Below, one piece after another: positions 45,686-61,600 of a stretch of DNA of 64,000 bases. The stretch comes from Heptranchias perlo (lineage: Eukaryota): positions 123,256,001-123,320,000 of the forward strand of contig NC_090329.1 in the NCBI RefSeq assembly GCF_035084215.1. Direction: 5' to 3'. Position 1 is the stretch's first letter. Each line of letters begins with the position of its first letter. The translations under genes and the position numbers were made by a program. The notes under the pieces were generated by a model. It was not told where the DNA came from. It did not search any database and worked only from the letters and a program-made list of their open reading frames with translations.

Positions 45686-46652
45686 GTGATCTAATCGTAC
45701 AGTGTCGGGTGGGTAGTTGGTCCCTAGTACTAGTGCAGGGACCAGTATACTAGTCCCTGTTGGTATAATAGTAGGCACACTTGCCCCTGGGTCAGAAAGT
45801 CAAGGGTTCAAGTCCCACTCCAGGGACTTGAGCACAAAATTGAGGCTGACACCCCAGTGCAGGGATAAGTGAATAGCTGGAACGATGCTGATGAGACCCT
45901 TGCTTTATAATGGGTCCTGACAATGGATCTGTCTTGAAAAGGACTCCTCATATATTAGCATCAGACTTTTTTTTGTACACACAGACGCTCCTACTCTATT
46001 TCCCGCGTGGCTTCAAGTGCACATTTAAGCACATAGCCTACTCCGAATTATACCTGTGGCCCTTCTCTAAACCCACCCCAACAGTCTTTAAGTTGAGTTC
46101 TCAGAGCTAGCTGTTCCAGGTAGTGGCTGTACCTGGAGAGTCCCCAGTAGAGGGTCAGTGCCCCTTTAAGATGGTGTAAACGACACCGTGGTGCAGGAAA
46201 CAGTGAACGCTGTGGGGCTTTGAAAAGCTGACACGAGCCGCGGCAGGACAATGAGTCGGCACAGGGAGCGTATATCTTGTTCCGTTGCTGGAGAAAGCAC
46301 TTTGTAATATAAACGGGGCAGATTTCAGCACTGGCAGTCTTGGGTTATGTTTCAAAAGCAGGAAATTGTTACAATATAAAGGAGGCATTAATTGGTCTCC
46401 AGTGCCACAGCTTTAGGGAGGGGGAAAATCAGCCCATGATCAACACAGAANNNNNNNNNNNNNNNNNNNNNNNNNNNNNNNNNNNNNNNNNNNNNNNNNN
46501 NNNNNNNNNNNNNNNNNNNNNNNNNNNNNNNNNNNNNNNNNNNNNNNNNNNNNNNNNNNNNNNNNNNNNNNNNNNNNNNNNNNNNNNNNNNNNNNNNNNN
46601 NNNNNNNNNNNNNNNNNNNNNNNNNNNNNNNNNNNNNNNNNNNNNNNNNNNN

Positions 46653-49600
46653 CCCTCACACACTCCCTCACACTCCCACACACACTCCCTCACACACTCC
46701 CTCACACTCAAACACTCCCTCACACACTCCCACACACTCACACACTCCCTCACACTCACACACTCCCTCACACACTCCCTCACATACTCCCACACACACA
46801 GGAACACACACACTCCCTCACACACTNNNNNNNNNNNNNNNNNNNNNNNNNNNNNNNNNNNNNNNNNNNNNNNNNNNNNNNNNNNNNNNNNNNNNNNNNN
46901 NNNNNNNNNNNNNNNNNNNNNNNNNNNNNNNNNNNNNNNNNNNNNNNNNNNNNNNNNNNNNNNNNNNNNNNNNNNNCCCTCACACACTCCCTCACACTCC
47001 CACACACACTCCCTCACACTCCCACACACACTCCCTCACACACTCCCTCACACTCCCACACACACTCCCTCACACACTCCCACACACTCACACACTCCCT
47101 CACACTCACACACTCCCTCACACACTCCCTCACATACTCCCACACACAGGAACACACACACTCCCTCACACACTCCCTCACACACTCCCTCACACACTCC
47201 CACACACAGACACACACACAGGAACACACACACTCCCTTACACACTCCCTCACACACTCCCTCACACACTCCCACACACAGACACACACACACTCCCTCA
47301 CACACTCCCTCACACACTCCCTTACACAGGAACACACACACTCCCTCACACACTCCCACACACACTCCCTCACACACTCCCTCACACACTCCCACACACA
47401 GACACACACACAGGAACACACACACTCCCTCACACACTCCCTCACACACTCCCTCACACACTCCCTCACACACTCCCTCACACAGGAACACACACACTCC
47501 CTCACACACTCCCTCACACACTCCCTCACACACTCCCTCACACACTCCCTCACACAGGAACACACACACTCCCACACACACTCCCTCACACACTCCCTCA
47601 CACACTCCCTCACACACTCCCTCACACACTCCCTCACACACTCCCTCACACACTCCCTCACACAGGAACACACACACTCCCTCACACACTCCCTCACACA
47701 GGAACACACACACTCCCACACACACTCCCTCACACACTCCCTCACACACTCCCTCACACACTCCCTCACACACTCCCTCACACACTCCCTCACACACTCC
47801 CTCACACAGGAACACACACACTCCCTCACACACTCCCTCACACACTCCCTCACACACTCCCTCACACACTCCCTCACACAGGAACACACACACTCCCACA
47901 CACACTCCCTCACACACTCCCACACACACTCCCTCACACACTCCCACACACACTCCCTCACACACTCCCTCACACACCCTCACACTCCCACACACACTCC
48001 CTCACACACTCCCTCACACACTCCCTCACACACTCCCACACACACTCCCACACACTCCACACACACTCCCACACACACTCCCTCACACACTCCCACACAC
48101 ACTCCCTCACACACTCCCTCACACACTCCCTCACACACTCCCACACACACTCCCACACACTCCCTCACACACTCCCACACACTCCCTCACACACTCCCTC
48201 ACACACTCCCTCACACACTCCCACACACACTCCCACACACACTCCCACACACACTCCCTCACACACTCCCACACACCACCCCACACCACTCCCACACACT
48301 CCCCACACACTCCCCACACACTCCCTCACACTCCCTCACACACTCCCACACACACTCCCACACACTCCCTCACACACTCCCTCACACACTCCCACACACA
48401 CTCCCACACACTCCCTCACACACTCCCACACACACTCCCCACACACTCCCACACACACTCCCACACACACTCCCTCACACACTCCCCACACACCCCACAC
48501 ACTCCCACACACTCCCTCACACACTCCCACACACTCCCTCACCACTCCCACACACTCCCTCACACACTCCACACACACTCCCACACACACTCCCACACAC
48601 ACCCACACACACCCTCACACACTCCCTCACACACTCCCACACACACTCCCACACACTCCCTCACACACTCCCTCACACACTCCCACACACACTCCCACAC
48701 ACACTCCCACACACTCCCACACACACTCCCTCACACACTCCCTCACACACTCCCACACACACTCCCACACACACTCCCACACACACTCCCACACACACTC
48801 CCTCACACACTCCCTCACACACCCACACACACTCCCTCACACACTCCCACACACACTCCCACACACTCCCTCACACACTCCCTCACACACTCCCTCACAC
48901 ACTCCCACACACACTCCCACACACTCCCTCACACACTCCCTCACACACTCCCACACACTCCCTCACACACTCCCACACACACCCACACACTCCCTCACAC
49001 ACTCCCACACACACTCCCTCACACTCCCACACACACTCCCTCACACACTCCCACACACACTCCCACACACTCCCTCACACACTCCCACACACACTCCCTC
49101 ACACACTCCCACACACACTCCCTCACACACTCCCACACACACTCCCTCACACACTCCCTCACACACTCCCTCACACACTCCCACACACACTCCCACACAC
49201 TCCCTCACACACTCCCACACACTCCCTCACACACTCCCTCACACACTCCCTCACACACTCCCACACACACTCCCCCACACACACTCCCTCACACACTCCC
49301 TCACACACTCCCTCACACACTCCCACACACACTCCCACACACTCCCTCACACACTCCCTCACACACTCCCTCACACTCCCTCACACACTCCCACACACTC
49401 CCTCACACACTCCCACACACACTCCCTCACACTCCCTCACACACACACACACACTCCCTCACACACTCCCTCACACACTCCCTCACACTCCCTCACACAC
49501 TCCCACACACTCCCTCACACACTCCCTCACACACTCCCTCACACTCCCTCACACACTCCCACACACTCCCTCACACACTCCCTCACACACTCTCACACAC

Positions 49601-52600
49601 TCCCTCACACACTCCCACACACACTCCCACACACTCCCTCACACACTCCCCACACACTCCCTCACACACTCCCTCACACACTCCCACACACTCCCTCACA
49701 CACTCCCTCACACACTCCCTCACACACTCCCTCACACACTCCCACACACACTCCCACACACACTCCCTCACACACTCCCTCACACACTCCCTCACACACT
49801 CCCACACACACTCCCACACACACTCCCTCACACACTCCCTCACACACTCCCTCACACACTCCCACACACACTCCCACACACACTCCCTCACACACTCCCT
49901 CACACACTCCCTCACACACTCCCTCACACACTCCCTCACACACTCCCACACACACTCCCACACACTCCCTCACACACTCCCACACACACTCCCACACACT
50001 CCCTCACACACTCCCTCACACACTCCCTCACACACTCCCACACACTCCCTCACACACTCCCACACACACTCCCACACACTCCCTCACACACTCCCACACA
50101 CACTCCCACACACTCCCTCACACACTCCCACACACACTCCCTCACACACTCCCTCACACACTCCCTCACACACTCCCACACACACTCCCACACACTCCCT
50201 CACACACTCCCACACACTCCCTCACACACTCCCTCACACACTCCCTCACACACTCCCTCACACACTCCACACACACTCCCTCACACACTCCCACACACTC
50301 CCTCACACACTCCCTCACACACTCCCTCACACACTCCCTCACACACTCCCACACACACTCCCACACACTCCCTCACACACTCCCACACACACTCCCACAC
50401 ACTCCCTCACACACTCCCTCACACACTCCCTCACACTCCCTCACACACTCCCACACACACTCCCTCACACACTCCCACACACTCCCTCACACACTCCCAC
50501 ACACTCCCTCACACACTCCCACACACACTCCCTCACACACTCCCTCACACACTCCCACACACACTCCCACACACTCCCTCACACACACACACACACTCCC
50601 TCACACACTCCCTCACACACTCCCTCACACTCCCTCACACACTCCCACACACACTCCCTCACACTCCCTCACACACTCCCACACACAATCCCTCACACAC
50701 TCCCTCACACTCCCTCACACACTCCCACACACACTCCCTCACACACTCCCTCACACACTCCCACACACACTCCCTCACACACTCCCACACACACTCCCTC
50801 ACACTCCCTCACACACTCCCACACACACTCCCTCACACACTCCCTCACACACTCCCTCACACACTCCCTCACACACTCCCTCACACATTCCCACACACAC
50901 TCCCTTACACAGGAACACACACACTCCCTCACACTCCCTCACACACTCCCTTACACACTCCCACACACACTCCCACACACACTCCCTCACACACTCCCTC
51001 ACACACTCCCTTAACACACACTCCCTCACACACTCCCTCACACACTCCCTTACACAGGAACACACACACTCCCTCACACACTCCCTCACACACTCCCTCA
51101 CACACTCCCTTACACAGGAACACACACACTCCCTCACACACTCCCACACACTCCCTCACACACTCCCTTACACAGGAACACACACACTCCCTCACACACT
51201 CCCTCACACAGGAACACACACACTCCCTCACACACTCCCTCACACACTCCCTCACACACTCCCTTACACAGGAACACACACACTCCCTCACACACTCCCT
51301 CACACACTCCCTCACACAGGAACACACACACTCCCTCACACTCCCTCACACACTCCCTTACACACTCCCACACACACTCCCACACACACTCCCTCACACA
51401 CTCCCTCACACACTCCCTTACACAGGAACACACACACTCCCTCACACACTCCCTCACACACTCCCTCACACACTCCCTCACACAGGAACACACACACTCC
51501 CTCACACACTCCCTCACACACTCCCTTACAAAGGAACACACACACTCCCTCACACACTCCCTCACACACTCCCTCACACACTCCCTCACACACTCCCTCA
51601 CACACTCCCACACACACTCCCTCACACAGGAACACACACACTCCCTCACACACTCCCTCACACAGGAACACACACACTCCCACACACACTCCCACACACA
51701 CTCCCTCACACACTCCCTCACACACTCCCTCACACACTCCCTCACACAGGAACACACACACTCCCACACACACTCCCACACACACTCCCTCACACACACT
51801 CCCACACACACTCCCTCACACACTCCCTCACACACTCCCTCACACACACTCCCTCACACACTCCCTCACACACTCCCACACACACTCCCACACACACTCC
51901 CTCACACACTCCCACACACACTCCCACACACACTCCCTCACACACTCCCACACACACTCCCTCACACACTCCCTCACACAGACACACACACACTCCCTCA
52001 CACACTCCCACACACACTCCCACACACACTCCCACACACACACACACACTCCCACACACACTCCCTCACACACTCCCACACACACTCCCTCACACACTCC
52101 CTCACACAGACACACACACACTCCCACACACACTCCCTCACACACTCCCACACACACTCCCTCACACACTCCCTCACACACTCCCACACACACTCCCACA
52201 CACACTCCCTCACACACACACACACTCCCTCACACACTCCCTCACACACTCCCACACACACTCCCACACACACTCCCTCACACACACACACACTCCCTCA
52301 CACACTCCCTCACACACTCCCTCACACACTCCCACACACACTCCCTCACACACACACACACTCCCTCACACACTCCCACACACACTCCCACACACACTCC
52401 CTCACACACTCCCACACACACTCCCTCACACACTCCCTCACACACTCCCACACACACTCCCTCACACACTCCCTCACACTCCCACACACACTCCCTCACA
52501 CACTCCCTCACACACTCCCACACACACTCCCTCACACACACACACACTCCCTCACACACTCCCTCACACACTCCCACACACACTCCCTCACACACTCCCA

Positions 52601-55600
52601 CACACACTCCCTCACACACTCCCACACACACTCCCACACACACTCCCACACACACTCCCTCACACACTCCCACACACACTCCCTCACACACTCCCTCACA
52701 CAGACACACACACACTCCCTCACACACTCCCACACACACTCCCACACACACTCCCTCACACACTCCCACACACACTCCCTCACACACTCCCTCACACACT
52801 CCCACACACACTCCCACACACACTCCCTCACACACACACACACACACACTCCCTCACACACTCCCACACACACTCCCACACACACTCCCTCACACACTCC
52901 CACACACACTCCCACACACACTCCCACACACACTCCCTCACACACACACACTCCCACACACACTCCCTCACACACTCCCACACACACTCCCACACACACT
53001 CCCTCACACACACACACTCCCACACACACTCCCTCACACACTCCCTCACACAGACACACACACACTCCCTCACACACTCCCACACACAGACACACACACA
53101 CTCCCACACACAGGAACACACACACTCCCTCACACACTCCCACACACAGACACACACACAGACACACACACACTCCCACACACAGGAACACACACACTCC
53201 CTCACACACTCCCTCACACACTCCCACACACACTCCCACACACAGACACACACACTCCCTCACACACTCCCTCACACACTCCCACACACAGGAACACACA
53301 CACTCCCTCACACACTCCCTCACACAGGAACACACATGCTCCCACACACACTCCCTCACACACTCCCTCACACACTCCCTCACACAGGAACACACACACT
53401 CCCTCACACACTCCCACACACACTCCCTTACACAGGAACACACACACTCCCTCACACAGACACACACACACTCCCTCACACACTCCCTCACCCTCACACA
53501 CTCCCTCACACACTCCCTCACACACTCCCACACACACTCCCACACACAGACACACACACTCCCTCACACACTCCCTCACACACTCCCTCACACACTCCCT
53601 CACCCTCACACACTCCCTCACACACTCCCTCACACACTCCCACACACACTCCCACACACAGACACACACACACACACACTCCCACACACAGGAACACACA
53701 CACTCCCTCACGCACTCCCACACACAGACACACACACAGACACACACACACTCCCTCACACAGGAACACACACACAGACACACACACACTCCCTCACACA
53801 GACACACATACACTCCCTCACACAGACACACATACACTCCCTCACACAGACACACACACACTCCCTCACACAGACACACACACACTCCCTCACACAGACA
53901 CACACACACTCCCTCACACAGACACACACACACTCCCTCACACACTCCCTCACACACTCCCTCACACAGACACACACACACTCCCTCACACAGACACACA
54001 CACACTCCCTCACACACTCCCTCACACACTCCCTCACACAGACACACACACACTCCCTCACACAGACACACACACACTCCCTCACACAGACACACACACA
54101 CTCCCTCACACACTCCCTCACACACTCCCTCACACACAGGAACACACATACTCCCTCACAAACTCCCACACACAGACACACACACACACTCCCTCACACA
54201 CTCCCTCACACACTCCCTCACACACTCCCTCACACACTCCCACACACACTCCCTCACACTCCCTCACACACTCCCTCACACACTCCCACACACACTCCCT
54301 CACACACAGACACACACACACTCCCACACACCCTCCCTCACACACTCCCTCACACACTCCCACACACACAGGAACACACACACTCCCTCACACACTCCCT
54401 CACACACTCCCTCACACACTCCCTCACACACTCCCACACACAGACACACACACAGACACACAGACACTCCTTCACACACTCCCTCACACACTCCCACACA
54501 CGCTCCCTCACTCACACACTCCCTCACACACTCCCTCACACACTCCCACACACACTCCCACACACACTCCCTCACACACACACACTCCCACACACACTCC
54601 CTCACACAGACACACACACCCTCCCTCACACACTCCCTCACACTCCCACACACACTCCCTCACACACTCCCTCACACTCACACACTCCCTCACACACTCC
54701 CTCACACTCACACACTCCCACACACACAGACACACACACACTCCCACACACAGGAACACACACACTCCCTCACACACTCCCTCACACACTCCCTCACACA
54801 CACTCCCACACACAGGAACTCACACACTCCCTCACACACTCCCTCACACACTCCCTCACACACTCCCTCACACACTCCCTCACACACTCCCTCACACACA
54901 CTCCCACACACAGGAACTCACACACTCCCTCACACACTCCCTCACACACTCCCTCACACACTCCCTCACACACTCCCTCACACAGGAACACACACACTCC
55001 CTCACACACTCCCTCACACACTCCCTCACACACTCCCTCACACCCTCCCTCACACACTCCCTCACACACTCCCACACACAGGAACACACACACTCACTCA
55101 CACTCCCACACACACTCCCTCACACACTCCCACACACACTCCCTCACACACTCCCTCACACAGGAACACACACACTCCCACACACACTCCCTCACACACT
55201 CCCTCACACACTCCCTCACACACTCCCTCACACAGGAACACACACTCCCACACACACTCCCACACACACTCCCTCACACACTCCCTCACACACTCCCTCA
55301 CACAGGAACACACACTCCCACACACACTCCCTCACACACTCCCTCACACAGGAACACACACTCCCACACACACTCCCACACACACTCCCACACACACACA
55401 CTCACACACTCCCTCACACACTCCCTCACACAGGAACACACACACTCCCACACACACTCCCACACACACTCCCACACACACACACTCACACACTCCCTCA
55501 CACACTCCCACACACAGGAACACACACACTCCCTCACACACTCCCTCACACACTCCCTCACACAGGAACACACACTCCCACACACACTCCCTCACACACT

Positions 55601-58600
55601 CCCTCACACAGGAACACACACTCCCTCACACACTCCCTCACACAGGAACACACACACTCCTACACACACTCCCACACACACTCCCACACACACTCCCTCA
55701 CACACTCCCTCACACACTCCCTCACACACTCCCTCACACACACACACACACAGGAACACACACACTCCCTCACACACTCCCTCACACACTCCCTCACACN
55801 NNNNNNNNNNNNNNNNNNNNNNNNNNNNNNNNNNNNNNNNNNNNNNNNNNNNNNNNNNNNNNNNNNNNNNNNNNNNNNNNNNNNNNNNNNNNNNNNNNNN
55901 NNNNNNNNNNNNNNNNNNNNNNNNNNNNNNNNNNNNNCCACACACACTCCCACACACACTCCCTCACACACTCCCACACACACTCCCTCACACAGACACA
56001 CACACACTCCCTCACACACTCCCACACACACTCCCACACACACTCCCTCACACACTCCCTCACACACTCCCACACACACACTCCCTCACACACTCCCTCA
56101 CACACTCCCACACACACTCCCTCACACACTCCCACACACACTCCCACACACAGACACACACACACTCCCTCACACACTCCCACACACACTCCCTCACACA
56201 CTCCCTCACACACACACACACTCCCTCACACACTCCCTCACACACTCCCTCACACACTCCCTCACACACTCCCACACACACTCCCACACACAGACACACA
56301 CACACTCCCTCACACACTCCCACACACACTCCCTCACACACTCCCTCACACACACACACACTCCCTCACACACTCCCTCACACACTCCCTCACACACTCC
56401 CTCACACAGACACACACACACACTCCCACACACTCCCACACACACTCCCTCACACACTCCCTCACACACTCCCACACACACCCCCACACACACTCCCTCA
56501 CACACACACACTCCCTCACACACTCCCTCACACACTCCCTCACACACTCCCACACACACTCCCTCACACACACACACTCCCACACACACTCCCTCACACA
56601 GACACACACACACTCCCTCACACACTCCCACACACACCCCCACACACACTCCCTCACACACTCCCTCACACACTCCCACACACACTCCCTCACACACACA
56701 CACTCCCACACACACTCCCTCACACACTCCCACACACACTCCCTCACACACACATCCTCCCTCACACACTCCCTCACACACTCCCTCACACTCCCACACA
56801 CACTCCCTCNNNNNNNNNNNNNNNNNNNNNNNNNNNNNNNNNNNNNNNNNNNNNNNNNNNNNNNNNNNNNNNNNNNNNNNNNNNNNNNNNNNNNNNNNNN
56901 NNNNNNNNNNNNNNNNNNNNNNNNNNNNNNNNNNNNNNNNNNNNNNNNNNNNNNNNNNNNNNNNNNNNNACTCCCTCACACTCACACACTCCCACACACA
57001 CAGACACACACACACTCCCACACACAGGAACACACACACTCCCTCACACACTCCCTCACACACTCCCTCACACTCACACACTCCCTCACACACTCCCTCA
57101 CACTCACACACTCCCTCACACTCACACACTCCCACACACACAGACACACACACACTCCCACACACAGGAACACACACACTCCCTCACACACTCCCTCACA
57201 CACTCCCTCACACACTCCCACACACAGACACACACACAGACACACACACGCTCCCTCACACACTCCCTCACACACTCCCACACACAGACACACACACAGA
57301 CACACACACACTCCCTCACACACTCCCACACACAGGAACACACACACTCCCTCACACACTCCCTCACACACTCCCTCACACACTGGAACACACATACTCC
57401 CTCACACACTCCCTCACACAGACACACACACACTCCCTCACACAGACACACACACACTCCCTCACACAGACACACACACACTCCCTCACACAGACACACA
57501 CACACTCCCTCACACAGACACACACACACTCCCTCACACACTGGAACACACATACTCCCTCACACACTCCCTCACACAGACACACACACACTCCCTCACA
57601 CAGACACACACACACTCCCTCACACAGACACACACACACTCCCTCACACAGACACACACACACTCCCTCACACAGACACACACACACTCCCTCACACACT
57701 CCCACACACAGACACACACACACACTCCCACACACACTCCCTCACACACTCCCTCACACACTCCCTCACACTCCCACACACTCCCTCACACTCACACACT
57801 CCCTCACACTCACACACTCCCTCACACACTCCCTCACACACTCCCTCACACAGTCCCACACACACTCCCACACACACAGACACACATACTCCCTCACACA
57901 CTCCCTCACACACTCCCACACACACTCCCACACACAGACACACACACAGACACACACACACTCCCACACACAGGAACATACACACTCCCTCACACACTCC
58001 CTCAAACACTCCCACACACAGAGAGACACACACACACTCCCACACACAGGAACACACACATTCCCACACACACTCCCTCACACTCCCTCACACACTCCCT
58101 CACACACTCCCTCACACACTCCCTCACACAGACACACACACACTCCCTCACACACTCCCACACACACTCCCTCACACACTCCCTCACACAGGAACACACA
58201 CACTCCCTCACACTCACGCACACACTCCCTCACACACTCCCACACACAGACACACACACTCCCTCACACACTCCCTCACACATTCCCTTACACAGGAACA
58301 CACACACTCCCACACACACTCCCACACACACTCCCTCACACACTCCCTCACACACTCCCTCACACAGACACACACACACTCCCACACACACTCCCTCACA
58401 CACTCCCTCACACACTCCCTTACACAGGAACACACACACTCCCACACACACTCCCACACACACTCCCTCACACACTCCCTTACACAGGAACACACACACT
58501 CCCACACACACTCCCTCACACACTCCCTCACACACTCCCTCACACATTCCCTTACACAGGAACACACACACTCCCACACACACTCCCACACACTCCCTCA

Positions 58601-61600
58601 CACACTCCCTCACACATTCCCTTACACAGGAACACACACACTCCCACACACACTCCCACACACAATCCCACACACACTCCCACACACACTCCCTCACACA
58701 CTCCCACACACACTCCCTCACACAGACACACACACACTCCCACACACACTCCCACACACACTCCCTCACACATTCCCTCACACACTCCCTCACACACTCC
58801 CTCACACAGACACACACACAATCCCACACACACTCCCACACACACTCCCTCACACACTCCCTCACACACTCCCTCACACAGACACACACACACTCCCACA
58901 CACACTCCCTCACACACTCCCTCACACACTCCCTTACACAGGAACACACACACTCCCACACACACTCCCACACACACTCCCACACACACTCCCTCACACA
59001 CTCCCTCACACACTCCCTTACACAGGAACACACACACTCCCACACACACTCCCACACACACTCCCACACACAATCCCACACACACTCCCTCACACACTCC
59101 CTCACACACTCCCACACACACTCCCTCACACAGACACACACACACTCCCACACACACTCCCTCACACACTCCCTCACACACTCCCACACACACTCCCTCA
59201 CACACTCCCTCACACACTCCCTCACACACTCCCTTACACAGGAACACACACACTCCCACACACACTCCCACACACACTCCCTCACACACTCCCTCACACA
59301 GACACACACACACTCCCACACACACTCCCTCACACACTCCCACACACACTCCCTCACACACTCCCTCACACTCCCTCACACACTCCCTCACACACTCCCT
59401 CACACACTCCCTCACACAGACACACACACACTCCCTCACACACTCCCACACACACTCCCTCACACACTCCCTCACACAGGAACACACACACTCCCTCACA
59501 CTCACACACACACTCCCTCACACACTCCCACACACAGACACACACACACTCCCACACACACACCCACACACTCCCTCACACACTCCCTCACACATTCCCT
59601 TACACAGGAACACACACACTCCCACACACACTCCCTCACACACTCCCTCACACACTCCCTCACACACTCCCTTACACAGGAACACACACACTCCCACACA
59701 CACTCCCACACACACTCCCTCACACATTCCCTTACACAGGAACACACACACTCCCACACACACTCCCTCACACACTCCCTCACACACTCCCTTACACAGG
59801 AACACACACACTCCCACACACACTCCCACACACACTCCCTCACACATTCCCTTACACAGGAACACACACACTCCCACACACACTCCCACACACTCCCTCA
59901 CACACTCCCTCACACATTCCCTTACACAGGAACACACACACTCCCACACACACTCCCACACACAATCCCACACACACTCCCACACACACTCCCTCACACA
60001 CTCCCACACACGGACACACACACACTCCCTCACACACTCCCACACACACTCCCTCACACAGACACACACACTCCCTCACACTCCCACACACACTCCCTCA
60101 CACACTCCCTCACACACTCCCTCACACACTCCCTCACACAGACACACACACAATCCCACACACACTCCCACACACACTCCCTCACACACTCCCTCACACA
60201 CTCCCTCACACAGACACACACACACTCCCTCACACACTCCCTTACACAGGAACACACACACTCCCACACACACTCCCACACACACTCCCACACACACTCC
60301 CTCACACACTCCCTCACACACTCCCTTACACAGGAACACACACACTCCCACACACACTCTCACACACACTCACACACACAATCCCACACACACTCCCTCA
60401 CACACTCCCTCACACACTCCCACACACAGACACACACACACTCCCTCACACACTCCCACACACACTCCCTCACACAGACACACACACACTCCCACACACA
60501 CTCCCTCACACACTCCCTCACACACTCCCACACACACTCCCACACACACTCCCTCACACACTCCCTCACACACTCCCTCACACACTCCCTCACACACTCC
60601 CTTACACAGGAACACACACACTCCCTCACACACTCCCTCACACACTCCCTCACACACTCCCTCACACACTCCCACACACACTCCCTCACACACTCCCTCA
60701 CACAGACACACACACACTCCCACACACACTCCCTCACACACTCCCTCACACACTCCCTCACACACTCCCTTACACAGGAACACACACACTCCCACACACA
60801 CTCCCTCACACACTCCCTCACACAATCCCTCACACACTCCCACACACACTCCCACACACATTCCCTCACACACTCCCTCACACAGACACACACACACTCC
60901 CTCACACACTCCCTCACACACTCCCTCACACACTCCCACACACACACTCACACACACAGGAACACACACACTCCCTCACACACTCCCACACACACTCCCT
61001 CACACACTCCCTCACACTCCCTCACACACTCCCTCACACACTCCCTCACACACTCCCTCACACAGGAACACACACACTCCCACACACACTCCCACACACA
61101 CTCCCACACACAGACACACACACACTCCCTCACACACTCCCACACACACTCCCTCACACACTCCCTCACACAGGAACACACACACTCCCTCACACTCCCT
61201 CACACACTCCCTCACACACTCCCTCACACATTCCCTTACACAGGAACACACACACTCCCACACACACTCCCTCACACACTCCCTCACACACTCCCTCACA
61301 CACTCCCTTACACAGGAACACACACACTCCCACACACACTCCCACACACACTCCCTCACACACTCCCTTACACAGGAACACACACACTCCCACACACACT
61401 CCCTCACACACTCCCTCACACACTCCCTCACACACTCCCTCACACACTCCCTCACACACTCCCACACACACTCCCACACACTCCCTCACACAGTCCCTCA
61501 CACATTCCCTTACACAGGAACACACACACTCCCACACACACTCCCACACACAATCCCACACACACTCCCTCACACACTCCCACACACACTCCCTCACACA

